NCBI GenBank assembly: GCA_034780895.1
Contig: JAUZTB010000074.1
Location: 5,312,764 to 5,376,763 of the forward strand
Origin: Rhynchobatus australiae
Lineage: Eukaryota
Direction: 5' to 3'
DNA length: 64,000 nucleotides
Shown here: piece after piece, positions 1 to 11,719 of the stretch
How positions within the stretch are numbered: position 1 is the first letter of the stretch
How the letters are laid out: the number at the start of each line of letters is the position of its first letter
Notes under the pieces: generated by a model
Seen by the model: only the letters and a program-made list of their open reading frames with translations
Databases searched by the model: none
What the model was told of the DNA's origin: nothing
Translations under genes and position numbers: made by a program

Positions 1-920
1 TACTGTAGAGAATCTTAGAATTGTAGAGCTCCATCATTCAGAGCCACAGATCCTTATTTACCACATCTGTGAAGCTGATGGTCTAATATCATAAGACAAC
101 ATTGGAAGGTTTCCTCTAATTAATGTTCTGATGAAATCATAAATGTTCTATTTTGTTACTTGCACTTGCTTGCAGTGAAGGGGAAACTTTAGCAATCAGA
201 ACAGGGACAGTCCTAGCCGCTTGAGCCTGTATGCCATTCAGCGAGACCGTGGCTTATCAGTGATAGTCCATGTAGGATGAGAGGAAGTCCATGCTCTCTG
301 CTTTGGTGTGTTCAGTTTCAGTGACTTCCTGCACTGGAAACTTTAAGTCTTCTTGTTAAGATGTTACAGCTGATCCTGAATAAAACAATACAGCATTTGT
401 CCAACCTCAAAATACCTCTCCTCTTTTAATACCATGTAGCTTTAAAATTGCACAGACCAAAATTTAATGCCCATCCCAATTTCTTCTCTTGTTTAAAGTG
501 AATGTGCTGCCACTTGTAATAACAGAGGAGCAAACTGAGTGCAGAGTAGCCATCACCCCATCATTGTCTAGGGCAATGTGAGTGGACATGCCAGTGTTAT
601 CTCCATCTCAAGAATAAGTTTGGTAAGCTGGACCTTTACATACAAATGTTTACCAAACTTGAGAGCAGATCCAAATGTTGCTCCCCAGTCTCTGATTGGA
701 AACCCCACTGCTGTTTTTCTTGGTCTCTACTGTTACTTAATGTAGATGGATTTGCAAGATTAGTCAACAGCTCCATTGTTGCAAGATGAAACTGTCACAA
801 TTCTATGATGTTCTGGCAAGACTACAGAGGAGAGGTTACTATTGGTTACAGATTGGGGAGGATGAGAATACAATCTGCATTCCCACTGTTAATTGCTCTT
901 CAATGGACCAAGGGACAATG

Positions 921-1358
921 GAATTGGAATTGGTTTATTATTGTCGTATGTACTGAGGTACAATGAAAATCTTGTTTTGCATGCCGTCCATACAGGTCAT
1001 TTCATTACAACAGTGCATTGAGGTAGTTCAAGGGAAAAAAATAACAGAATGCAGAATGAAGTGTCACAATTACAGAGGAAGTGCAGTGCAGGCAGACAAT
1101 AAGATGCAAAGTCATGACGAGGTAGATTGTGAGATCAAGAGTCCACCTTATTGTACTAGGGGTCCGTTCAATCATCTTATAAGAGCAAGATAGAAGCTGT
1201 CCTTGAGCCTGGTGGTACGTCCTTTCAGGCTTTTGTATCTTCTGCCCAATGGGAATGGGTAAGAAGAGAGGATGTCTGGGGTGGGTGGGGTCTTTTATTA
1301 TGCTGGCTGCTTTACCAAGGCAGCGAGAAGTGCAGACAGAGTCCAGGGAGGGGAGGCT
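921..1358 (-). mobile_element. Rex1/Babar-type LINE, 3' fragment with 3' UTR tail
   Basis: Minus-strand translation DSVCTSRCLGKAASIIKDPTHPRHPLF resembles the Rex1 ORF C-terminus. A close second copy lies at 24088-24587. Confidence 0.75.
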
Positions 1359-2203
1359 TCGCATTCTCCCCCCTCCACAGCTGCATACCCAGCCAGCTCT
1401 GAGATTGCACATTGGGAGTAGTGGAGGGAGGGAGGAAGGAAAAACACCCTTAAGGGGAACAGCACCTTTGGAAATTCCAAGGCAGAAGAACTAATACTTG
1501 GGGCTTTTTTTAAACATTTTTCTGCTAGGGTTTGCATTTGCCTGCTTGCATTGCCTGCCAGCTTAACAGCCAAGAGTTTTTGTGAAGTTTTGGAATTGAT
1601 GAATTATTTACAAAATTGGTAATATAAAGAAACAGGTAGCATAAAAACGCAGTGAGGAAAATTAATGGAAAGCTTCACACAGGGTCATAGAGTCGTACAG
1701 CACGGAAAGAGGCCCTTTGGCCCAACTGATCCAAGCCGACCAAGCTTCTCATCTAATGGGACCTGCCCTTTCTTATCCGTACTGGTTGACCTCACTGCAA
1801 TGGTAACAAACATGGGCAACGTACAAGTGTCTGGTGTGTGATTTAAACAAACATTAACATAAGAGTGCAGATGAACACACAGAAATGATATTTACAGAAA
1901 TAGTTGTTAAATTAGTTTAAAAATATTAATCAAGATACAGATAGAAAAATACCTCTCTTTGGTTTTGATTAAAATCTTCTATCACAAAGGAATTCATGGG
2001 TTTTGTTCCCAAAACAAGTTCCTCATAACCCTGTCGCCCAATTTTTCGAGGGATTAGGCAGTCACTTCTAACCCATTGCACAGAGGTGACAGACAAAACA
2101 ATGTGTTGGTTCGGCACAGAAGTTAAAACAGCCTGGGTATCAAATATTCTAAAGCAGGAGGATCTCCTTCTCACCCCCTGCTTCAACAGGTTTTAAAAGC
2201 TTG

Positions 2204-2698
2204 TAGACACAAGAGACTGCAGATGCTGGAACCTAGAGCAAAAAACATATTGCTGAAGGAATTAGAACCAGTGAACCATAGAGCACTACAGCACAGAAAA
2301 CAGGCCATTCAGCCNNNNNNNNNNNNNNNNNNNNNNNNNNNNNNNNNNNNNNNNNNNNNNNNNNNNNNNNNNNNNNNNNNNNNNNNNNNNNNNNNNNNNN
2401 NNNNNNNNNNNNNNATATCTCCCCTCATTCTTCTGCGCTCCAAGGAATAAAGTCCTAACCTGTTCAATCTTTCCCTGTAACTCAACTCCTGCAGACCCGG
2501 CAACATTCTATTATGAGGAGAGACTAAGGGTGCTAGGGCTTTACTCTTTGGAGAGTAAAGAGAGTCTACCTGCGACGCTACTTTTTGGGCCATTTCGGGT
2601 CGAGACCCTTCATCTGGTCCAGACCTAAAACGTCCACTGCCCATTTCCCTCCACAGATGCTGCCTGACCTGCTGAGTTCCTCCAGCATTTTGTTTTTT
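2204..2698. mobile_element. Palindromic Penelope-derived non-autonomous element interrupted by a CR1 3' fragment
   Basis: Left arm agactgcagatgctggaa, right arm cagatgctgcctgacctgctgagttcctccagca. Between them is a minus-strand CR1 piece (RMLPGLQELSYRERLNRLGLYSLERRRMRGD, 2415-2507) and its tail at 2262-2314. Confidence 0.7.
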
Positions 2699-3708
2699 TA
2701 AAATCTTGCAACTGCTTCAAGGTAAAGAAGACCAAAGCTGGCATAGTCCTTCAGCAAAATTACTCTGGCAGTGACTGCATTTATAGCAGACCGAGTGGGA
2801 AACACGTGAATCGTGAATAGAATACAGAGAGGAATGTGAAATGGCATGAAATGAAAAGATTTCGTTCAGCTGATGATATATAGTTGTGCATTGGGCTTAG
2901 TTCATGTGAGTTTCAAAGTGAAAGCCAAAATCCAAACCATAACTTATGTGTGGATGTTCAAACATGGTCGAGATAAAGTGAGCAGAGTGTACCCCTTCCT
3001 TTTAGGTTGTGAGTTCTTGCACAGACATAAATACCTTAAAACGTAGAAATACAGCAGTTTGGAGCCAGATGTAATCTCTGAGGCTGAAATTTTTATGTGT
3101 TTCCTTTGAATAGTCACTAAGATGATCTGGCATACTGCGCAGTTGTAACCCTTTGGAACCCCTGGTAGATTAGATATATGAAAAGTGGTTCAAGAAAAGT
3201 CACCGTGAAAGTTCAACGTCTTCGGTGTAGGAGCATCACCAAATTTGAAAAGGGTAGGTGAGTTATAAAAATTTGTAACTTCAAGGAGGAAGAGCCAGCC
3301 GATGGAGAAAAGGAATTCCACAGTTTTGATCCCCTGGGAAAGAATGAGTTGGAGCAGGAAATGGTGTAATCAGTCCTGTTTCAGCTGAGTGACGATTTAA
3401 GATTTTGAAATGAAATTAGTTGAAGCAATCTGAGCTTACGTTTACTATTTTATATTTTCCAATCAATTATTAAACCAAGTTGCAACAATGTGCATTTGTA
3501 AAGTATCTTTAGTATAGCCAAATATGCACATTGATTCACAGAAGTGTATGATCAAATTAAATTGGACAATAAGGCACAGAAGGAAAAAAAAATTGGGGAC
3601 AGATAATGAAAAGTTTGGCCAAGGAGGGTGGTTTTAAGGAATGCCTTGAAGGGAAATGTGAGGTAGAGAAGCAGTGAGGTTTAGGAGAGTCTCCCAGTCT
3701 TTAGGAAA

Positions 3709-4460
3709 GCAAAAAACTGCTGGAAATCTGAAATAAAAGAGAAAATACTGGAAGTTCTCAGCAGATCAGGTTGCATCTGTGAAGAGTCTTCTTCCTGTCT
3801 AGTGTGATGCAATCAGTTCTCAAGATGTGGTTTTGATAACTTTGGAGAAACCAAATGCAATTAGGATGACTGCTCTGCAGAATACCTCTGTTTACTCTGA
3901 AGGGTGGTCCAGTTGCCTGCAACATTAATTCTCCACCTTACACCCACTCTGATCTCTCTATTTTTGGTTTCTTAAACTGTCCCAAAAATACTCAATGTAA
4001 GTTCATGGAACAGGATTCAACTTCTGACTAAGCACATTACAGTCCTCGGGACTTGATACTGAACTTAACGATTTTACATAATTGGCCTTTTGAGTTTGTG
4101 CCAGATCTGGTCATTTCTGATGTATTTGTGATATTGATAACCTCCCCACAGCATCTCTGCACAGATGCTGCCTGACCTGCTGAACGTTTCCAGCACTGCC
4201 TTTTACTTCTGATTTATACCAATTGCATGTTTCAAGTCCCATGGTTCCAGCAATTTTTTTGTCCATCTGTCCTCATCCATCTCCTTCTATTTATATCTCC
4301 TCCAAATAGATCAGCTGTGATTAACAAGCCTTCATAACCCTCTCTCAGTAGGCACCAAAACTGTCAGTGTCAGTCTCTCTTGCTCTCCACCCTACCATAG
4401 ACATTTCCTTCTATCACTCCACCTCTTTTCTGCAACTCAGAATTTTGACTTCCAACTTTT
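3709..4460 (+). mobile_element. Penelope-like element remnant (GIY-YIG endonuclease C-terminus plus inverted terminal arms)
   Basis: Decayed translations SRCGFDNFGETKCN*DDCSAEYL (about 3819-3887) and F*LSTLQSSGLDTELNDFT* (4022-4081) match the Penelope pattern CGLLYIGETKR...FRLGTLQPxGLNIEF. Inverted arms at 3709-3780 and 4159-4215. Confidence 0.75.
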
Positions 4461-4479
4461 TATTCCAGACCTTAGAACA

Positions 4480-4816
4480 CTAAGCGTCCCTGGACAGCGC
4501 CTTCCAAACCCATGCCCTCTACCAGCTAGAAGGACAAGGGCAGCAGGAGCACGGGGAACACCACCACCTGGAAGTTACCCTCCAAGCCACACACCATCCT
4601 GACTTGGAAATACATTGCCGTTCCTTCACCGTCGCTGGGTCAAAATCCTGGAACTCTCTCCTTAATAGCATAGGGGGTATGCCCACACCTCAAGGATTGC
4701 AGTGGTCCAAGAAGGCAGCTCACCACCACCTATCTAGCACCTATAAAGGCTGCTAGGGATGGGCAACTAAATGCTGGCTCAGCCTGCAAAGCCCACATCC
4801 CTTGAATGAATATAAA
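4480..4816 (+). mobile_element. CR1/L2-group LINE 3' end (elasmobranch family)
   Basis: Contains ccaagccacacaccatcctgacttggaaata...ttccttcaccgtcgctgggtcaaaatcctggaactc and the tail gggatgggcaactaaatgctggc. A diverged reverse copy lies at 11160-11550. Confidence 0.65.
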
Positions 4817-7800
4817 GCAAAATGATGGGAGCTGAAGGCACTTGCATCGATGGTGGACTGCTTAGAAATAGGGANNNNNNNNNNNNNNNNNNNNNNNNNN
4901 NNNNNNNNNNNNNNNNNNNNNNNNNNNNNNNNNNNNNNNNNNNNNNNNNNNNNNNNNNNNNNNNNNNNNNNNNNTGATGGGAGCTGAAGGCACTTGCATC
5001 GATGGTGGACTGCTTAGAAATAGGGATGAACAAGAGGCTCGAACTGGGAGAGTGCAGAGTGATCCAAGGCTTCTCTTGCTGGAGGAGACTACAGAGATAA
5101 AATCATCTGAAATAAAATTCTTTCTGTTAAATCCTTCCACCATCCACCTCTGATAGTGGAAGGATTTAATAGAAAGGATTTTATTTCATTTTGTGAGCCA
5201 TCAGCTTTTCCCATTCGCTGTGGCTTATGTGAACTGATCTCTTTTACAATTTTTGCTGTGGTAATGTCAATGTTCAAAGTCAATGGCTGTTATTCAAAAG
5301 CAAGCTATGATGTGTGACAGTTATTTGAAGGAGAAAACTTTGGATGAATCTTGGGAATATGTTCTAAGTCCACAGCTGTTGACCTCCCTCTTGGACAACT
5401 CCATATCCATTTTGCCAGCTCCCAACTTAAGTTTGTTCGTATTTGGACTACACAGAAGCTGTGGATTAGAGTTATCTTTGCCTTCTTCCTGTAGCAAGCA
5501 TGATCTGCAACCAAGTACAAGGCAGCTTGAACCTGTCCATGCTGCCTTTACCTGCTCTGTGAAGCTCACCATAGTCAAAGTCAAAGTCAAGTTTATTGTC
5601 ATATGCACACGTACATGTACGCACAGGTTCAATGAAAAACTTACTTCCAATAGCATCACCGGCACAGAGCGTCATATAAGCAGCATTCACAAGAAAAAAC
5701 ACATAAATTATACACATTTTTTAGAAGAAGGCCATTCTCCCTGCATCTCCAGCAGGCGGTATCAAATGTCAAGATGCTGCCATCATTACCAAGTCATTGG
5801 ATGCACTAGCCTTTTTTTTATATGTCAGCAAAATATCTTCCTTTTATGATGAGCTGTAGCTTTATAGAGCCATTGCCCAAAACACCATGCCACAGATCAA
5901 GCCCTCTGTGGAAACAATCCGTGTGACAATAACTAACTCAAATTAAGTGTGGTGCTGCCTTTGGAAAACTCAGCATCGTCTACACCCAGGTGAATGGTGC
6001 AGTATACATGTGAACCTGTGGCCAGTTCAAATCAATTTTTGCTATTACTGGAAAATTGGCTATCACTTTTATCTAAGTAAGCATTATGCCACAAAGTCAG
6101 CTGTTATCTTAATGTGCCACATGTTTTGAGGATCATCTCATTTGGTTGACCTTGGGAGGTCAGGGCTGAATGTGGTGTGGGGGATCTTGGTGATAGTTTG
6201 ACAGTGTAGCCATTTGCTTTCCTTGTTATGTGATAGGGTTAGCTGGTGTTGCTGTTCTCCATGGTCCTCAGGAGAAAACAATAGAGATTTCCAACACTGG
6301 TCTACCTCTGTTTCTCGAGAGAGAGAGAGAGATGTAGCATTGAAAGAGGCATTTATCCCACAGTTGGCTCTACGATGACAGACCCTTATCCTTCTTCCTT
6401 CCTTTCACTCCATTTCTTTTTACTTTCATCTTTTCAGAATATAACCTAAATAACAGAAGAAATTGCAGCTGGAAGAGGCATTTCAGCATGCTCTGTTACT
6501 CAAATTGGCATACGAGCTGTACCTCAACAGTCAATGCAACCCGAGTTTTGTCATGGGTAGCCTGTTGCCCCTTTATTCTTAAAATGTCATTCCAGAGTCT
6601 CTGACCTTTTTGATACCAGCTCTCTTACCAATGAAAACTTTTTAATGAAACCTCTATTAGGCTTTCTTTTGCCGACTAATCCACTGATAATTGCCCTGGG
6701 ATATACAGTTATTCACATGACCTATGACATTATCAAATTCCTGCTTGGGGGTATTTACTATAATTGATTTTCCTTCAGTTTATTTTCGGAATAATGGAGA
6801 AGTAGGGCTTTCCCAGTACACTCATTGAATGAGTTTGTTCTAGTTGATGTAGCTATTTGATAATTACAGTATTTGTTTTCATTCATAACAAGACTTTCTA
6901 GTGAATACCCATTTGATTATTTAATTTATTAATGACCCTGCCTCTGCTTGTGCTGAGCTTGACTTCTGAGGTTAACTGGAGATAGCATAAGACAGATTCC
7001 TGTTCAACTTGTAGTTGAGTACATTTTATATCTGATCCCCTACCAATACNNNNNNNNNNNNNNNNNNNNNNNNNNNNNNNNNNNNNNNNNNNNNNNNNNN
7101 NNNNNNNNNNNNNNNNNNNNNNNNNNNNNNNNNNNNNNNNNNNNNNNNNNNNNNNNNNNNNNNNNNNNNNNNNNNNNNNNNNNNNNNNNNNNNNNNNNNN
7201 NNNNNNNNNNNNNNNNNNNNNNNNNNNNNNNNNNNNNNNNNNNNNNNNNNNNNNNNNNNNNNNNNNNNNNNNNNNNNNNNNNNNNNNNNNNNNNNNNNNN
7301 NNNNNNNNNNNNNNNNNNNNNNNNNNNNNNNNNNNNNNNNNNNNNNNNNNNNNNNNNNNNNNNNNNNNNNNNNNNNNNNNNNNNNNNNNNNNNNNNNNNN
7401 NNNNNNNNNNNNNNNNNNNNNNNNNNNNNNNNNNNNNNNNNNNNNNNNNNNNNNNNNNNNNNNNNNNNNNNNNNNNNNNNNNNNNNNNNNNNNNNNNNNN
7501 NNNNNNNNNNNNNNNNNNNNNNNNNNNNNNNNNNNNNNNNNNNNNNNNNNNNNNNNNNNNNNNNNNNNNNNNNNNNNNNNNNNNNNNNNNNNNNNNNNNN
7601 NNNNNNNNNNNNNNNNNNNNNNNNNNNNNNNNNNNNNNNNNNNNNNNNNNNNNNNNNNNNNNNNNNNNNNNNGCATTGTCTGGCTCGCTTGTGTAATGCC
7701 ACACTGTCTCAGAAATAACAGGCATTACTGAAAAACTTGAATCAAAGTTCTAACAGCTGCCTCCAGTAGATGCACAACTCATCAGTCAGCACCTGACGAT

Positions 7801-7885
7801 ACTCACGCATAACATACCAGCACTCCTTTGGCTACTGGAGAGGGCTGTTTCCTTCACTGGGGCTGCCCCGGTGATTCCCAAGGTC

Positions 7886-8095
7886 AGGGAGTGCACTCCC
7901 AGATTTGCTGACAGAGACCTCGAGAGGCCAGTGGGTCTCATTGCCTGCAGCAGGTATGTCCTGTTGCGAAAGAGATCTCAGAGAGCCTCCAGGGCCACAA
8001 GCAGGCACTCCTGGCAGGAGGTTGCTGAGGGGAGGTAGGGAAGGGGGTCGGTGGGTGAGGAGTCTGTGTGGATCCAAGTGCTGTGCAGGATTATC
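7886..8095 (+). mobile_element. Decayed Myb/SANT-like ORF of a Harbinger/PIF DNA transposon
   Basis: Frame 7886-8038 reads RECTPRFADRDLERPVGLIACSRYVLLRKRSQRASRATSRHSWQEVAEGR*, followed by a frameshifted W-I-Q-(C). This fits the PRFxDxxLExL...WxEVA...WxQC pattern. Confidence 0.55.
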
Positions 8096-11000
8096 TGCAT
8101 TTTGGGTAAGACTGCAATGACAGCAGATTCTCCTGTGGCCTGATAGAAAAGTGGATGAAGAATAGTGAGATAGAAAGTGTCAATGATCTACATAATGCAG
8201 TGGGAGCAGCAGATTGTGATGTGTGACATCTATCAGCATTTTTCAGCAAAATGGCCATGGAATGATATTGGCTGTCACTGGCACGTAGAAAAATGCACAA
8301 AATTGTTTTATTCTGCAATTTTCAGCTTTGCAAACATGTTTTTTTTCTCAGCATTATGCAGATAAATGTCTAGGCTAAGCTTATTAATAAGAAACCAAGA
8401 CAAAACCTTTCTCTATCAGAGAAAGAGACCATTCAGCTCATCAAGTCCCTGCCAGTTCTTTTGAAGTGCAAACCACTTCGTTTAGCTCTTGCTCTTATTT
8501 ATTCCCTCTGAGAATTAATCAAATTCCCTCGAAAGAACCAAAATTGAATCACATTGGACAGTAGGTTCCAAATCTTAAATTTGCATAGAAAATCTTTTCC
8601 TCGTGTTGGCTTTGGTTCTTTTGACAATCACGTTAATCCTGTACTTATTTATTGATTCTTCAGTCCCATGGTCTTAAATGCCTTTACCAACTCCCCTCTA
8701 GCTCAGGTTAAATGAACAAGCAGCAGTTAAGTGATGGCCACCTTGGGAATCAGAAGTATGTAGATCATGGGAGGATGGAGATCTCCACAAAGGAATGGCA
8801 AACTTTGATATAAACATAGTGAATAAACATGGGACAGAAGGAACGTGTCGGACCGCAAATTTGTATTATCAAGTGAGGAAGATACAGAAGAGGACTGACT
8901 GCAGTCTGTGAAACTATCAGGCCATGTTGAAATGATCTCCTTTCAGACAGGCCTACCTTGTATTTTAGAAAGGTATTAGACAAGCCAGTGTTGAAATGGG
9001 AGGCAGTATTAGCCATTTTCTGGTTGACGTGATGTCCTTTCAACTAATTTACTGTTTCTGCTTATCAGAGATTTTTCCAGTATTAATTGAGAAATCATAC
9101 AAGGTGCCGTGTATCTGTTTGTTTAGAAGCGCTCAAACACAGCTGCAATGTACATCCCCAAGTTCCTCAGGTCTGCCTTATCTTGGCAAATCAATGGTTG
9201 CCAATAAGTATGACAATATAACTTAACCATGTTATTTTTGAATATGCCACGAAAGAGAGTTAGAATGATTGAAATAATTATTGAACACAATTGAAATCGC
9301 TACTCGCACCTGCCATATAAAATTGTAAAGCTAACAGAAGGCACTCATTTCTTTGAACAAATACATTTGTCAATTCATAGCCATTTAAATTTCTTACTTG
9401 TTGCTAAATGTAGACTTTTAAAGAGGGGGAGATGAGTCACATATGTTTCCCCTCACAATACTGTTGGACGAGGCATATTAATGGGGAGTCCCAGCTGGTA
9501 GGCTGCAGCTCCAGTGAAAGCACAGACAATACCAACAGGTATGATTCAGGATCATATTTCTGTGGTCTTTGTTGCCTCTGACAATGATGCCCAAGCTGCG
9601 TGCTGGAGTTAGTAAATTTCTCTGTGGATCCTGAGTGCTTTGGAAATGTTAAGGTTGGGATGAGTAAAGGGTGAGTGGGAGGCCAGGTAGGAGCTATCAT
9701 TTGTTTTACTGGTGCAGACACAAAAGGATCTCGAATGAAACGTCTGTTGAGTTTTAATTACATTAGTATTTGCCGTAGAGAACACATCATTTCACCCAGT
9801 GCTTCTGCTGCGTACAAGCATTCTCCTGTACTTCACACAACCTATTTCTTTCATCCTTATGGGCTTATCAACTTCTCCTTAAATGCATCAGTGCTGTTCA
9901 CCTCAACTATTCCTTGAAGTACTCTCTTTCCCCTATGCCATGAAAGGTTCAGCAGGGTCTCAGATGAACATTCAGCTAAGAAGGAGGAAAGAAAATCAGG
10001 CAGGGTCNNNNNNNNNNNNNNNNNNNNNNNNNNNNNNNNNNNNNNNNNNNNNNNNNNNNNNNNNNNNNNNNNNNNNNNNNNNNNNNNNNNNNNNNNNNNN
10101 NNNNNNNNNNNNNNNNNNNNNNNNNNNNNNNNNNNNNNNNNNNNNNNNNNNNNNNNNNNNNNNNNNNNNNNNNNNNNNNNNNNNNNNNNNNNNNNNNNNN
10201 NNNNNNNNNNNNNNNNNNNNNNNNNNNNNNNNNNNNNNNNNNNNNNNNNNNNNNNNNNNNNNNNNNNNNNNNNNNNNNNNNNNNNNNGACTCTTCACTTC
10301 AGGAGTAAATGGACAACATTGCCAGCCACATTCACATCCTGTAACCGATCACAATTTAAAATGTATCCATGAGTTTTACTTCATCCACTCCTTGTTCCCC
10401 TGATTTCTGCTGGGGTTTATAAAGGATTATTTTACCTTTACAATACTCCTGCCAAGTGTACACATCTTCCCTATTTTGACCTCGTCAATGGTATTTTAAC
10501 ATAAAAGGGCAAAAGAAATAGAGTCTTCTGATGAATTTATGAGATGAGGGAAGAAGAAAGGAGACTTAATGGTGTAGACTTGACTTCAACCCACTGTGAA
10601 TATTCCATGTAATTCTCTGTGAAGATCCCACATAATGTTAAGAACCTCTATAATCACCGCTTCAGCCTTTTGCTTTCCAGAGAAATGCCCCTCCTTCCTT
10701 TGTCTTAACTGATAGTTTAAAAACACTTAATAGTACTGAAAAGCTTGGATCTACATTCAACACAAAAAGAATAGGGGGTGTGGGGGAAGCAGAGTAGAAC
10801 AGACTAAAAACTTTTGTGGACAAAAATTTGATTCTAAAAATGTGTTCAGAACCAGGATTTGTAATAACATTTACTGGCTTTATTTTTATAGCGTTAATAT
10901 TAGAAGAACTAAAAAAACTTGACAGGGTTTTTATCATTTGAATTACAGCAGAATGCCAAGGGAACTATCAGATTATCCAATAAACTCAAAACGTACCTAC

Positions 11001-11159
11001 AAGAGGATAAATAAGTTCCTTAAATGAATTCAAAATATGGCCAATATACAACTAGTCCATTATTAGCGTGGAAATAGAAAAAGGCAAGATAATGTTATTG
11101 GTGTGATCTCACATGCAGACATGATTCCCAATTAGGCTCTATGCTTTTACATTCCTTTT

Positions 11160-11550
11160 TTTTAATTATTCATTTTTCAGGCTCTGGATGTCACTGGGAA
11201 GGACAGCATTTATTATCCATCCCTAATTGCCCTCGACAAGGCAGTGAAGAGCTGCCTTTTAGAATTGCTGCTGTCCTTCTGACGAAGGTACTCACAGTGC
11301 AGTTGGGTAGGAGTTCCAGGATTTGGACAATGAAGGCTGGCAATATATTTCCAGATCAGGATGGTGTATGAATGAAGGTGTCCCCATGCTCCTGCTGACT
11401 TTGCTCTTCGTGGTGGTGAAAGTCCCAGGTTTGGGAAGTGCTGTCAGAGTTGCCTCGGTGAGTGGATGCAGTGCATGTTGTAGATGGCATTGACTGCAAC
11501 CCCTGTGCTTCAAGGAGTGAATGTTTAGGGTGGTTGATGGGGTGCCAATC
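11160..11550 (-). mobile_element. CR1/L2-group LINE 3' end (same family as 4480-4816)
   Basis: Reverse-complement similarity to 4480-4816, e.g. cagcatttattatccatccctaattgccct and gagttccaggattt. Confidence 0.6.
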
Positions 11551-11719
11551 TTACAAATGAACAGGATGCAATTGACTATTGGAACAAAGCCTGAGTGGAG
11601 AAGTACTTCTGGTTCCCAAAGTTAATGTATCCCGTCCATTTGTAAGGATATAGCTGAGGCATTGTTTGGATTTGCCTGTAATGACCCCATTAATGGACTA
11701 GCTTGTGGCTACTTGTTTT

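Noticed and set aside
4824-5025. About 50-bp direct repeat flanking a 100-N gap
   Set aside because: Identical sequence on both sides of a fixed-size gap indicates unmerged contig overlap, not a TSD or biological repeat.
5283-5849. 188-aa ORF, the longest gap-free ORF in the track
   Set aside because: It runs through a Rex1-type LINE tail (about 5575-5725), has no recognisable domain and no splice support.
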